A stretch of DNA of 64,000 nt, taken from positions 62,001-126,000 of the forward strand of contig NIVC01002205.1 in assembly GCA_002269645.1 (NCBI GenBank), read 5' to 3'. Under the pieces are notes generated by a model, which saw only the letters and a list, made by a program, of their open reading frames with translations, was not told the origin of the DNA and did not search any database. The translations under genes and the position numbers were made by a program. This DNA is from Macrostomum lignano (lineage: Eukaryota). Below are positions 1-10,822 of the stretch, piece by piece; positions within the stretch are counted from its first letter, which is position 1, and each line of letters starts with the position of its first letter.

Positions 1-2069
1 TGAGGAAGCACTTTTTCCCAAATCCCGCGCTAGCACATGGGCTCTAAACTTACTTGCCTACTAACAGTGGGCAATGGGCATTTTTATCTTTTTCTGCAAA
101 TTGTCATAGAATCTATACTAGATATAATGTCTGGCCATACTAGTAGTCATAATAACATAGGCGTAGCTTTTTGGGTCGTAAATCATCGCTTCCGAAGTTG
201 GTCTGACAGCCACCTGCGCCTCACTCAGTGTTGAGACGGGCGCCAGATGGTCTGAGAGGATGCGGGCGGTAGCTTTTTTCTCATCATTTTGACAGGCCAT
301 CAAGAGTTATGAGGTCAGAGCCTATTGTTCGTGTTCACTCAAGCGTGTGACAGCTTTGACAGCTATGCGTTTTACCCCTAAAAGTACTTTGGGATTAGCG
401 ATTAGCGATTTCTCTTCATTATCTTCACTTTCTATTTAATAAGAGCTTTCTAATGTATATTTTTTCATTAATTTCTGTCAATCCTACGCGAAAAGTCATA
501 AATCATTTTGTTGCGATTTTGAGTGATTTATGGCCGCACCTGTCATCTTTTACGACCCTGTGGGAACTGATAGGATCTCTCGGTCACGTGATTCTGGGTA
601 GCAACAAGCTTAGCCAATCAGAAAATTCGGCGCTCATTTTAACAAAACGGCTCAGCCAATCAGAATCGACGTGTTCCGTTATAACAAACTGCGGTCCAGT
701 TGGCGGCTATTTAAACCGGAGTTTTTGGCCCGCTCGGACTAACTCTTGCTCGGGTCCAGCACGCAACTTCTGGTTCCCGGAGCGCGACCGTCGTTTCTTG
801 ATCCCCGGATTGCGACTTCCCCCCATCATCATCAAGGACGAGTCCCCCGGTCGTCAGCAGCGAACATCAAACGAAGATCATCACCTGCTAGCTATCAGCG
901 AAGATTGTGTCAGCATCATCCCGAGTCTACAGCTACAGAGCATCAAGCCGATTCGGTCACTGTGGATTACCTGGTCTCCGGCTGTTGAGTTTCTGATTGG
1001 TTGGGTGAGAGGCTACCTAGACTTGCTTGATTGGGTGATCCCCTATCTGTCCCCTGTTTCAGTAGCTGGATTAGGCGCACACTTTTGCTCATTTTGTTCA
1101 GTAGTGCTGTTACTGAGGCAGAAATCACTTAATAATACTGCTAGTAGTCTGAAACTCCAATTCAATCTGAGGTGTGAAGTGACTTAAGGAGAAGGCTAAA
1201 TCTGACAGTTATTTTTATCGGTTTTAGTTCTTTGTTCGCCGATGGCTCAGATGAGTAGCTAAGCTAGAAGGCGCCGGTCACAGTGGACCAATGGCAAGGC
1301 GGTTCTCAGTCGATCAATCTACCAAATCAGTGAGCAAAACTGCCAGAAGTGCAGAATCGGCGCCAGAGATGTACTTTGTGCACTCTAGGTTAGCCAAGCG
1401 GCTCGGGTAATGAATCATGCGGTCTCTGAAGTTCGAGTTAGTCTATCATCAGCGCTATGAGAGGCTAGTTGGCGCGTTGAAGGCCAAAAGTACATATCTT
1501 CGTATTTAGCAATGTAATAGTACATGTAGCTACCCCATAGACTCGCCACTGCAAGAATCCCCTGCACAAGTCCCCTCTGTACCTGCATGGCCAATGCGAT
1601 CTAGTCCCAGCAGTGTCCCTTATCATCGGCTATGACTTCGAGATTGACAGCAAAAAGACACTAGTTGGCAGGTAAGTGCAAAGCCCCTTCTAGTCGGAAG
1701 CCCGATTTCGAGAGTCCCGGTGTGGTGAGCCAGGACGCACGGGCTGGTGGCAGCGAGTTAGCTTAGTCTGCGGATGAGCTAATTTCTACCTTCAAAATTC
1801 TCCCTGCTTGTCTCTCGCTGTCCCTCTCTTAGCTATAGGACCTAGACTGCTCGCCACACGATCAAGCTACCATGGGGCTGACCATCTGACAGGAGTGGGG
1901 GGCCAGGACTCTAATTGATTTATTTCTGAGGCCTGAGGCCCGAAGGTTCCCTAACAAGGGACCCGAAGGTCGAAACCCATCATAATCAACAAAGAACAAT
2001 AATCTTACAATGAATTCGTCCAAGCAGCCACCGAATTTCACAAACCCGGATACACAGAAGCGGTTAGGT

Positions 2070-2180
2070 TTAGGGTTAGGGTTAGGGTTAGGGTTAGGGT
2101 TAGGGTTAGGGTTAGGGTTAGGGTTAGGGTTAGGGTTAGGGTTAGGGTTAGACTAAAACCCTAACCCTAACCCTAACCCT
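2070..2180. repeat. Interstitial telomeric repeat in head-to-head orientation: (TTAGGG)13 TTAG ACTAAAA (CCCTAA)3 CCCT
   Basis: Read directly: G-strand array 2070-2151, then a short linker, then C-strand array 2159-2180. Confidence 0.95.
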
Positions 2181-3374
2181 TTATATTATTTTGGCACCCT
2201 AGCATATAGCTTCTATAAAGCTTCATGAAATTTTTAATCAATCCTCGCCTATATTTCTATATTTTAATTCTTTTCAAATAAATATAGCTCTTTTATTTTT
2301 CCCGCTAATAATTTATAAAGAAAGATTAAAATCCCCTAAAAAATTCTACTTTCATTCCAACTGTCCTTGTCATTCCTTAATCCTTCCGAAAAAAAGGCGG
2401 CGCTTTTTTAATTTCCACGCACACTTTATTCGCTGAAAAAATTGAAAGCTTTTAAGCCGAAAAAATTTTTAATTTCTTTTTTAATTTGCCATTTTTCAGC
2501 TTTAATAATTATTTTACCTGCCACACGCTGTTGCAGCTACTTGTCTACCAAAGCGTTTGGTACGGATTTTACCACACGAATAATCTGTTAGCTTCGAAAA
2601 AAAGCAAAATAAAATTAAAAAATATTTTTTTACTCTCTACTGAAGCATTTCAGAGTCGTTCTCTTTTTTTCTAACCATTACATAAATGCTTCCCTCTTAG
2701 CTTTTCCTATTTTCTCCTCTAGTTTCAGCCTACGTTACAGCGTAGACGATTTTTTTGTCCCAACCAAACCCATCAACTTTTCAAGGCACCAATTTTTACT
2801 ATTTTGCGGCTCCTTCAATTCTCTAATCTACCTAACATCTCTAACAAGTACTGCCCTCTCTACCGAAAAAATATTTATTTTTTTCTCTTTTAAACCCTCA
2901 TTTTTTGCGCACTTACACTTCATTTACTTGCCATGCCTTGATTGCGCTACTTTTTGAAAATATTTCCAAAAATAGTGCAAATGCGTTTTACGCGTAAAAT
3001 CCTGCTTTACGCGTTAAAAATCGACTCTATAAATTCTTTCAAATTTTATAAACCTTCCTTCTTTTATCCGCTATTTCACAGCACCCTTTGCCTTTACTTC
3101 ATTTAACGAATGCGATCAACCAACAAAGCAGAGAGTGTCTGATTCGTCTGATTCCCAATGTGTGTGTGTTCAATTCATTTCGCATCTAAACTCGAAATTA
3201 CTAAATTTTCCTTTCAACTCTCGCTAAACTCTTCGCTAACCCTAACTTGTACCTCAATTCTTCCTTAAAAATTTTACTCTTTCACTTTGCAAAAACTTGT
3301 GCTGCTGCAAATTTAAATACAACCATATCCCCACCAACGATCAGCCAGCTTCCATTTTTTTACACTTTATCAGA

Positions 3375-3476
3375 TAGCCCGAATAGGGCTGCTAAAAATA
3401 CTGATCCACTATTGGATCAACGGTGTCTTACCATGCAATAAATTGAGTCTTCGCAGTAAGAGACCGTCTTTACGGC
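3375..3476 (-). ncRNA. Spliced-leader (SL) RNA gene, flatworm type
   Basis: The minus strand reads GCCGTAAAGACGGTCTCTTACTGCGAAGACTCAATTTATTGCATG|GTAAG. The 45-nt leader (3476-3432) ends in ATG, as flatworm SLs do, and is followed by a GTAAG donor. Other elements: 5' hairpin CCGT-AAAG-ACGG, hairpin TGATCCA-ATAG-TGGATCA, Sm-like site AGTATTTTTAG, terminal hairpin AGCCC-TATTC-GGGCT. From memory the leader matches the published Macrostomum lignano SL; I could not verify this by search. Confidence 0.9.
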
Positions 3477-3874
3477 GAAGAGCTATTCACACCAAAAACC
3501 CCTACAATTCTAATCATACGCCCCTGCCTACGCCCTAACCCCCAACAACACACTTACGCTACTGCTTTGCACTCATTAGCTAGGTTTTTTATGTCATAGG
3601 CATGCCATGACATGTCGAAATTAAAAATGGCTTTTGATGCTGTTATGCCAAAATGACATAAAATTTTTTTGCCATTATGCCATTGCCAAATTGCCAATGC
3701 TGAACCCCTAATTCTAAATTTTAATTTTGCTTTTAAATTTGCCAAACTGACAAGCTATTATCATTCCCATCTGAATCTAAAAGGAAACACTAGTATAGGC
3801 TCACAAAGTGCTATTTCACATTTTATGCCAATGGCATGTCAAAGTTGAAAATGGGATAACAATTTTGACGAAAA

Positions 3875-4445
3875 AACCCAGCTCATTAGCATACAACAGA
3901 AAAAGGGCCAGGAAGCCCACTGCTCCTTGAGGTAGGCCCTCCTGGAACCTTCTCTGTTTACTGCGTCCTCTCCATTTACGAGAGGACGTATTGCATCATC
4001 CTACTCCCACAGTCCCACTCTTGCCTGGCAACCAAAGCTGGTGAACCATTTAACCAGTTGCATTGGGGCTCTCTCCATCATCCTGCTGATCAGTTTTACC
4101 CTCCATACTCTCTCATAAGCCTTAGAGCAGTCGAGCGTTACAGCAATGGTCTTAAGTGTTTTTTCTCGCTTCCCACTCATCCTGAATGGACTGGACATGC
4201 CATATGACCTGCTCTTTGGTGCTGCGGCCTCTGAAAGCCCGCCTGCCAGCTCTTGATGTTTGTTGTTGTTAATGCCAAAGTTTCCTATTCAGAGCCTCTG
4301 AATAGGACTCGCCTTGAACCAGGTCCAGAACGCCAGCGCCCCTCGTTGGTCCAGAGTTCGGATAGATCCATGATAGCGTATCTGTTCCTGGTCCAGAAGG
4401 TGACCGCGCAGCTGCAGATGGCTCGGTAGTTTCTTCGTCTTCCCT
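3875..4445 (-). pseudogene. Degenerate non-LTR (LINE) reverse-transcriptase fragment
   Basis: Recognisable RT motifs occur in order, broken by frameshifts: NYRAIC (NYRPIS-like), RGRSTKEQ, LDCSKAYERVW (DLSKAFDRV-like), GLPQGAVG..LFLLYANEL (GVPQGSVLGP.LF.LY.ND-like). Confidence 0.75.
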
Positions 4446-4750
4446 GCAACATCTGCACCTTCCTGTGTCCTTGTTGATTGTTATGGTGGGGCGCGAGGAC
4501 TTGAGCTCCAGAGAGTGTTATCACCTCTCTTTTCATTTATGTTAGGCCTATCACCTTTGAATTGTCTACTTATTATACTTACTTCTTTTATGAAATAATT
4601 CAAATTCAAGAATGGATAATTTTGGTTGATTCTGCATGCACTCTACTTGCAATTAAAAAGCTCTGACTTGCAATCCATATTTGCAGCTTCTCCATCGCAT
4701 CAAGCCCAGGTTAAGCAATGCAGTGCCAGGGTCTGGACGAAAATGCCACC

Positions 4751-7700
4751 ATGTCAGAGCTACACAATCGTTTACTGAACTATTTGTCTAGTGGCCAGCG
4801 CTCAAAGCAGGAAATTCTTCATGCGGTCCAGCCCTGCACATCATTCAAGCTGACAGTGGCTCTGCAGCAGCCCGCCCAAGCAGATCTTCTTAGCTGCTTG
4901 AATGGAAAGTGTTTTCTGCGCAATTCCACCGATACTGACTTTCCTGCATACTCGAGTACCAATTCATCTGATTTGAAATTTTCATCATCTGAAGTATCGT
5001 CAATAGCTGCATTACCACCAGCAGAGTGTCCGGCCTCGTCAGCTGCATTTCCACCTGCAGATTGTCAGGCCTTATCAGCTGCATTACCACCTGCAGGGTG
5101 TCCGGCCTCATCAGCTGCATTACCACCTGCAGGGTGTCCGGCCTCATCAGCTGCATTACCACCTGCAGGGTGTCCGGCCTCATCAGCTGCATTACCACCT
5201 GCAGGGTGTCCGGCCTCATCAGCTGCATTACCACCGGCAGGGTGCCTGGCCTCATCAGCTGCATTACCACCGGCAGGGTGCCTGGCCTCATCAGTAGCTG
5301 CATCAGCTAACCCAGCCAGCACTGCACAACCCAGTGCTTTCAAGCGGCCATTGCCTCCGCACGAGCTGCTGAAGCTCGGAGGCGCCTGCTCTGACGCCAC
5401 TGCTTCCGTCTCTGCTTTGGGGCCCCCTGTGCCGCCTTCATCCATGGCGGTGCGAGGACGAGGCTGGGGCCGCGGCTTGCAGCGCCAATTCCCGCAGCAG
5501 CCGCAGCAAAGCCAGCAGCCGATGCAGCAAACTCAGCCACAGCCACCTGCTTCGCTGGCTGCACAGAATCTATCAGATGGCGATTCTGACTTGGAGTCAG
5601 ATTCCAATGCGTTATTTGAAGACAGCGATTCCGAACTCTCGGGTATTCATTTCATGCTTGTGTAGTTGTTATTAGCTCCCCTGCTCCGTGTTTATAATCA
5701 GAGCATAGTCTCACCCGCCCCTCCCACAGGCCTGCAGCGCTCCCTGCTCCGCGCCCTTTCGGACAGATGGCCGCAAGCTGTCAGCCGCCTGCAGCTGCAG
5801 AAGCAGGTTGGTGCAGCCAGCAAGTCGGAGGTGAACCGCTCGCTGTACGGTCTGCAGAAGGCGGGGCTGGTTACCAAGGCAACGGACAGCCCACCGCAGT
5901 GGCTGGCTGTCATTGCTATTGGGGACGCCAGCAGTGCATCAGATGCGGGACCGGAAGTTCAGGAAAAGAATGCCGTATCTCGCTTGCAGGTGCGTGACTG
6001 TTAAGCTTTACTGGGTTCTTTTTTATTGATATGAACAGTAGGCACACAAAGCAATTTTCCGCTCGTCAAACTATCTGGGGGGCAACGTTTTTGCTGCGCC
6101 AGAATGGCCCAACGCAGACACACGAAGCTCCAGAACACGGGGTAACTCTTTTTGGGGCACTTTCTCAAACAGGAAGCAAGTCGCCAGTCCTCTAGACCCG
6201 TCGAGATATTCAACGATTCTGCCAGAAATTCAGATTTTTAATGTGCTGATAAAAATTGGAGGCTTGACAAGACTGCACTGAGGGCGGGGCGCAGTGCTGA
6301 TTGGCGCACAGGGGCGTATTAAATATACTGATGCTATGGAAAAATCCGACCTGTTTAATTAGGTGAGGAACAATGTTTGCCCGTGTTCTGGAGTTTCGTG
6401 TGCCTGTGCTGCTCCGTTCCGGCGCTGCGAAAAAATTGTCAGGGGGATCCCCCTGCTGCTAATGCTGAATTTGACTTCTGTTCTGAATCCCTTTGACTTC
6501 AAGCTCACTCTGTGGCTCTCAAAAACTTATCCATCAACTATCGATTCCCCATCTACATGTATAATAACTATATTCGTATTGTTATACTCGTATATACACA
6601 CGAATGCACTGTACTGCTTCTGCAGGAATGGTGTCAGGCCCAGCGGGTGGTGCTGTCCATTGACTGCCTTAGCAGCCGGGGACCTCCTCACCAGCCCACC
6701 TTCAAGTTCGGCGTCAGCCTTGACGGTTCTCCGCTATGCTCAGCCGAGGCAGGCAGCGTCCGCGCTGCTAAACAGCTCGTCTGCGCCACCGCCTTGAAGC
6801 ATCTAGAGATGGAAGGCCGCTTGCAGCCCCCGATGAAGCCGCTGTCGCCTGTCCGGGCTCAGCCCGAGGCTGTCCATGAGCTTGCTGGGCTGGCTGACAA
6901 GCTAGACAGTCAAGGAGATGCTGTGAGTCTGCTTTCTGATGACAATTAATGTTCTCCCAGTCTCTGCATCATATCTGGTCTTCGCAAGCATGCAAAATAA
7001 ACCCTGAATGCTTGACACCTTTGTGCTTATCATACAGGCTTATCATAAGCTGGCTTGGATTGAATTCTTAGTAGAGAAACATTACTGTACTTATATCCAC
7101 AATTACTCCCAATTATAATAATTGTATCATGATTATTATTATGATTACTTTCCCAAAGATTTGCTAATTATTCGACGGTCGTGCATGTGCTGACTCAGCT
7201 GGCACTGAGTGGGCTGTCACGAGTGCCAGATTGCACTTTACTTTTGAGATTTCACCCGGGTTTTGGACCAAGGAGGCCACAGGTACTTTGATTTAGACGA
7301 TACAATCTGTGAACTTGCCGTTCATGATTACTCTATTGTACTTTGTACTTACGAGCCCATAGGCTGCTGAAATTATTACCAATTCTTATTAACACATTTA
7401 CTTCAAAGCCTGGTTTAAAATCTATCAACTGCTCGAATGCCCTACTGCGTAGCCCGCAGCAGCCGTGGACGCCCGCTGGCTGCAAGTTCTGTTGCGGAAC
7501 CCAATCTCAGCCCTGACCGAGTGGTGCCAGTCCCAGGGCCATCGCCTCGACAGTCCCAGCCTGGGCGCCACCGGACCGCCGCACCGGCCCCGCTTTGCCG
7601 CTGCAGTCGACATTGACGGCCGCCGCCTGTGGCAGGCGGAGGCTGCCACAAAGCGCGACGCCCGCCGTGACGCCTGCGACCGGGCGCTTCACCTGCTGGC

Positions 7701-9325
7701 CGCTGCCGGTCTTCTCAGCACCGCCTCTGCTGCCGCTGACCTGCCCGATGCCACCATCGGGGACAAGGTGGCAGCCCTGGTTCACCGCCGCTTTGAGACC
7801 GCCGTCTTGGCCTCAGGGGAGTCGCTGGCCGGTCGAAAGGTGCTTGCTGGCTTTGCCTTGCTGTGGCCGGATGGCCAGCTCAGCCTGCTTAGCCTCGGAG
7901 TCGGCAACCGCTGCGTGTCCGGCGATTGCCTGGCCATGTCCGGCCGCGTCCTGCACGACTGCCACGCTGAGATCGTCGCCAAGCGGGCTCTGTTGCGCTT
8001 CTTCATCCGACAGCTGGCGCTGCTGGCGGCTGGCCGAGCCACTGACGACGGAGATGAGGAAGGAGATGGGCCGCCTGCTTGCTGCTTCCAAGTGAGCAAA
8101 GCCTCTTGCACAGGATTGGCTGATAGTTCGTATAGATTATAATGGACCCTCAAAGTTAAATTGTTACAGTGTTACATTGAGTGCCATCGCTAGTCACGGT
8201 TTTATGCGACCTTCGGGAATTTTCTGTTAGCTTGTTCTGCATTCAGTGATTTCTACTCTGGCTGGTAGTCCCCCGTGGTCTCCAGAAACCTTGCGCCTGG
8301 CTCATTAAACAGCTGACCCATTTTTTCTCCATCTCAGGTATCCGATGACGGACGAACCCGCCTCCTCGATGGTTGCAGCCTCCACTTGTACATCAGCGCT
8401 GCGCCCTGCGGCGATGGCGCAGTTTACTGCCGCTCCAGCGACGCCCCAGCTCTGGACCCGCTGCCCGCTGAGTGGCACCGCCCCGATGAGATTCAGCGCT
8501 TCTCGCTTGCAGGCGGCCGCCTCCGCAGCAAGATGGAACGCGGTGAGGGCACCATTCCTGTTGATGATGCGTGCGAGGATGCTGACTTCAGGCAGGCCTG
8601 GGATGGCTTGGCTGCTGGCCAGCGGCTGCGCACGATGTCCTGCAGCGACAAGATCGCGCGCTGGTCCCTTCTGGGTCTGCAGGGCGCCCTGCTCAGCCAT
8701 GTGCTGCAGCCTGTGTACCTGACCTCCCTCACCTTGGGCACGCTGTATCATGCGAAGCACCTGGCTAGAGCTGTCTGCTGCCGCGCACACTGGGCTCTGG
8801 CTGCCGATTCAGCATCGCCAGTTCTGCCGGTTGGGTATCGGCTGACTCACCTTGATCTAAGTGAGTGATTTGTGTTGCTCTGGCTGCTTTTAGAGTTTGC
8901 TATTGGTACTCTTTTTCTTTGTCGTGGCGGGACTGGCAGGGTTTGTGCATGGTGCTTTATCTCCAGCCACCCGGCCCGCAGGTCAGCTGAGCAGAGGTGG
9001 TGTGGAGCGTGACACGGAGCGGACGAACTCGCACAGCTTGAATTGGTACCGGGGCAGCAGCCAGGTGGAGATCTGCGATGCTACCCGTGGCCGCCCGCTT
9101 GGCACTGGGAATCAGGACTTCAGCCGGTTGAGCAAGTTTGCTATCTTCCGCGCATTCGCCGACGCCTCCGGCAAGCCCGCCTGGCGGACCTCCGACCAGG
9201 CGAAGGCAGCTGCCGTGGACCACCAGACGGTCAAGCGGCTGCTGCTGGCGGCTCTCCAGAAGCGCGGTCTTGGCGCCTGGATCAGGAAACCAGCTGAGGT
9301 GGACGCTTTTGAACTTGACTCATGA
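4751..9325 (+). CDS. ADAR: ADAR1-like double-stranded RNA adenosine deaminase (Z-alpha + 2 dsRBD + deaminase), about 984 aa, 6 exons
   Basis: Phase-compatible GT-AG exons: 4751-5642, 5730-5989, 6626-6922, 7453-8091, 8338-8860, 8982-9325 (2955 nt). The start has Kozak context GCCACCATG; an alternative ATG lies at 4718 and an alternative last acceptor at 8967. Z-alpha: KSEVNRSLY...SPPQW. dsRBD1 is rebuilt across the splice (KNAVSRLQ|EWCQ); dsRBD2 starts RNPISALTEWCQ. Deaminase motifs: CHAE, PCGD, GEG, SCSDK, QGALLS, GAWIRKP. Confidence 0.93.
5003..5290 (+). repeat. In-frame coding minisatellite, 8 x 36 bp (SAALPPAGCPAS) in ADAR exon 1
   Basis: Unit TCAGCTGCATTACCACCTGCAGGGTGTCCGGCCTCA; 8 peptide units are visible in the ORF. 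Confidence 0.95.
6281..6368 (+). promoter_or_regulatory. Candidate internal promoter and short exon in ADAR intron 2
   Basis: GC box GGGCGGGGC at 6282, reverse CCAAT (CTGATTGGC) at 6297, TATA-like TATTAAATATA at 6317, then a donor-like AG|GTGAGG at 6362/6363. Motif evidence only. Confidence 0.35.
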
Positions 9326-9403
9326 TTGCCAGCTAAGTGACTGCTAAGTGATGTTCGTGTGGAGATCCCGCCCTGTTGAATTATTTATGAGCCGTAATTA
9401 CAT

Positions 9404-9561
9404 GGCTGCCCTGTAATCTGAGGTATTGCTGAGCCGTGTGGAGAGGCTGCCCTGCAATCTGAGGTATTGCTGAGCCGTGTGTGGAGAGGCTGCCCTGCAA
9501 TCTGATGTATTGCTGAGCCGTGTGTGGAGAGGCTGCCCTGCAATCTGAAGTATTGCTGAGC
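9404..9561 (+). repeat. 41-43 bp tandem repeat, about 4 copies, in the putative ADAR 3' UTR
   Basis: Unit GGCTGCCCTGCAATCTGAGGTATTGCTGAGCCGTGT(GT)GGAGA; ATTAAA follows at 9565-9570. Confidence 0.85.
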
Positions 9562-10822
9562 TGAATTAAAGTTGTGTTTAGTTTAGATAAGAGTCAGTGA
9601 GGCTCTGAGATATGCATGCCGGCTCCCTATCCGAGAGTAAATTTTTATTTTGTACAGAGGGAATTCTGATTTTGAACTTCAATATTGAACTTCTCAATAT
9701 TGAAAAATGGCCCGTACGTGTGGGTCTATGTGAATTTAGTAACCGAAATTTAGTAACCGTGAATTTAGTAACGCCTGAATTTAGTAACGCAACTCTGGTG
9801 CAGCTGAGAGAAATCCCATATGTATTATTATAATATAAAGTTTCATCATGCACCTATTATTTATATGGGAGATTTCAATATTACTGTATGCATAAATTTA
9901 AGAATTTTTAAGATTTTTTCGAATTGAAGACTGGGAGGCGAATCGCAACTGTAGATATTTTATTCCAACAATGTTAATATTACAAGTTGTACGTGCACAA
10001 GCACGCAAACCCGTAGACACATAGGTGTTACAATACGAAGCATGCAATTGCAATTAAATCCACGCAAGCTGGTCACAATGCTGGTACAAAGTAACAAATC
10101 AGCGTTACAATCGCAGCCATATCCCAGCCAATGAACCCATTGGTGCACTGACTGAGTGACACAGAAAAACAAATAAGGATTTGCATTATGCCGGTGTAGA
10201 TTATTATAAACTACTTAGTAAATTACTTCCCCCTGCTCATAAAAAAGGATTCGTTGCTTCTTATTCGTAAAAGACGTTATCTTTTCTCGGACAATGTCTG
10301 AAAAAAACTTCCTAAACTATCAAATAATGATCAGCCTCCTCTATCTGCCTCTGCACTCCCCTCTTTCAGCTTATTCGAGGGTAATTTTTTCTGTCTATGC
10401 TGCACTTCACCATCGTAAAATGGCTTTTACGAGTAAGATTTCTTACGACTTCGAATGTTGAAGTGCTCACTGAAAAACTAGAGTATCCCAATTTAGTGCC
10501 AAAATTACTTTTTCGTATACTTTAGGAGGCATAGCGCAACTGCAATTAAAGAGCCCACAGACAGCCATCTAAACCAGCGCGGAAATAGATTGCTTGACAC
10601 CCTGAATCCAATTAATTCGCGATATATGCAGTAACCAGTTACATAATGTATTTTGCTCACTACTCTAGATATTCCTCCCTCGTATATAATTATGCAATGG
10701 ACACTATCCTAAATTTAGAACTATAATTTAGTATATAGGATATAATTGTGATGGAAAGAACAAGTACTCGTACAGTCCAAAATGTTCAGTGCATCAAGTC
10801 ATATGCCGGCGTGCACAAATAG

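Noticed and set aside
453-1187. 244-aa ORF over an LTR-like segment with two CCAAT boxes and TATTTAAA
   Set aside because: No recognisable domain and a non-ATG start. It is probably a retroelement relic, but I could not assign ends or a family.
1244-1280. Hammerhead-like CAGATGAG-TAGC-TAA-GCTA-GAAG
   Set aside because: Two core positions deviate and stems I and III do not close.
7425-9347. Many overlapping alternative-frame and antisense ORFs over ADAR (also over PAQR and the paralogue pair)
   Set aside because: They are shadow ORFs expected from GC-rich coding sequence.
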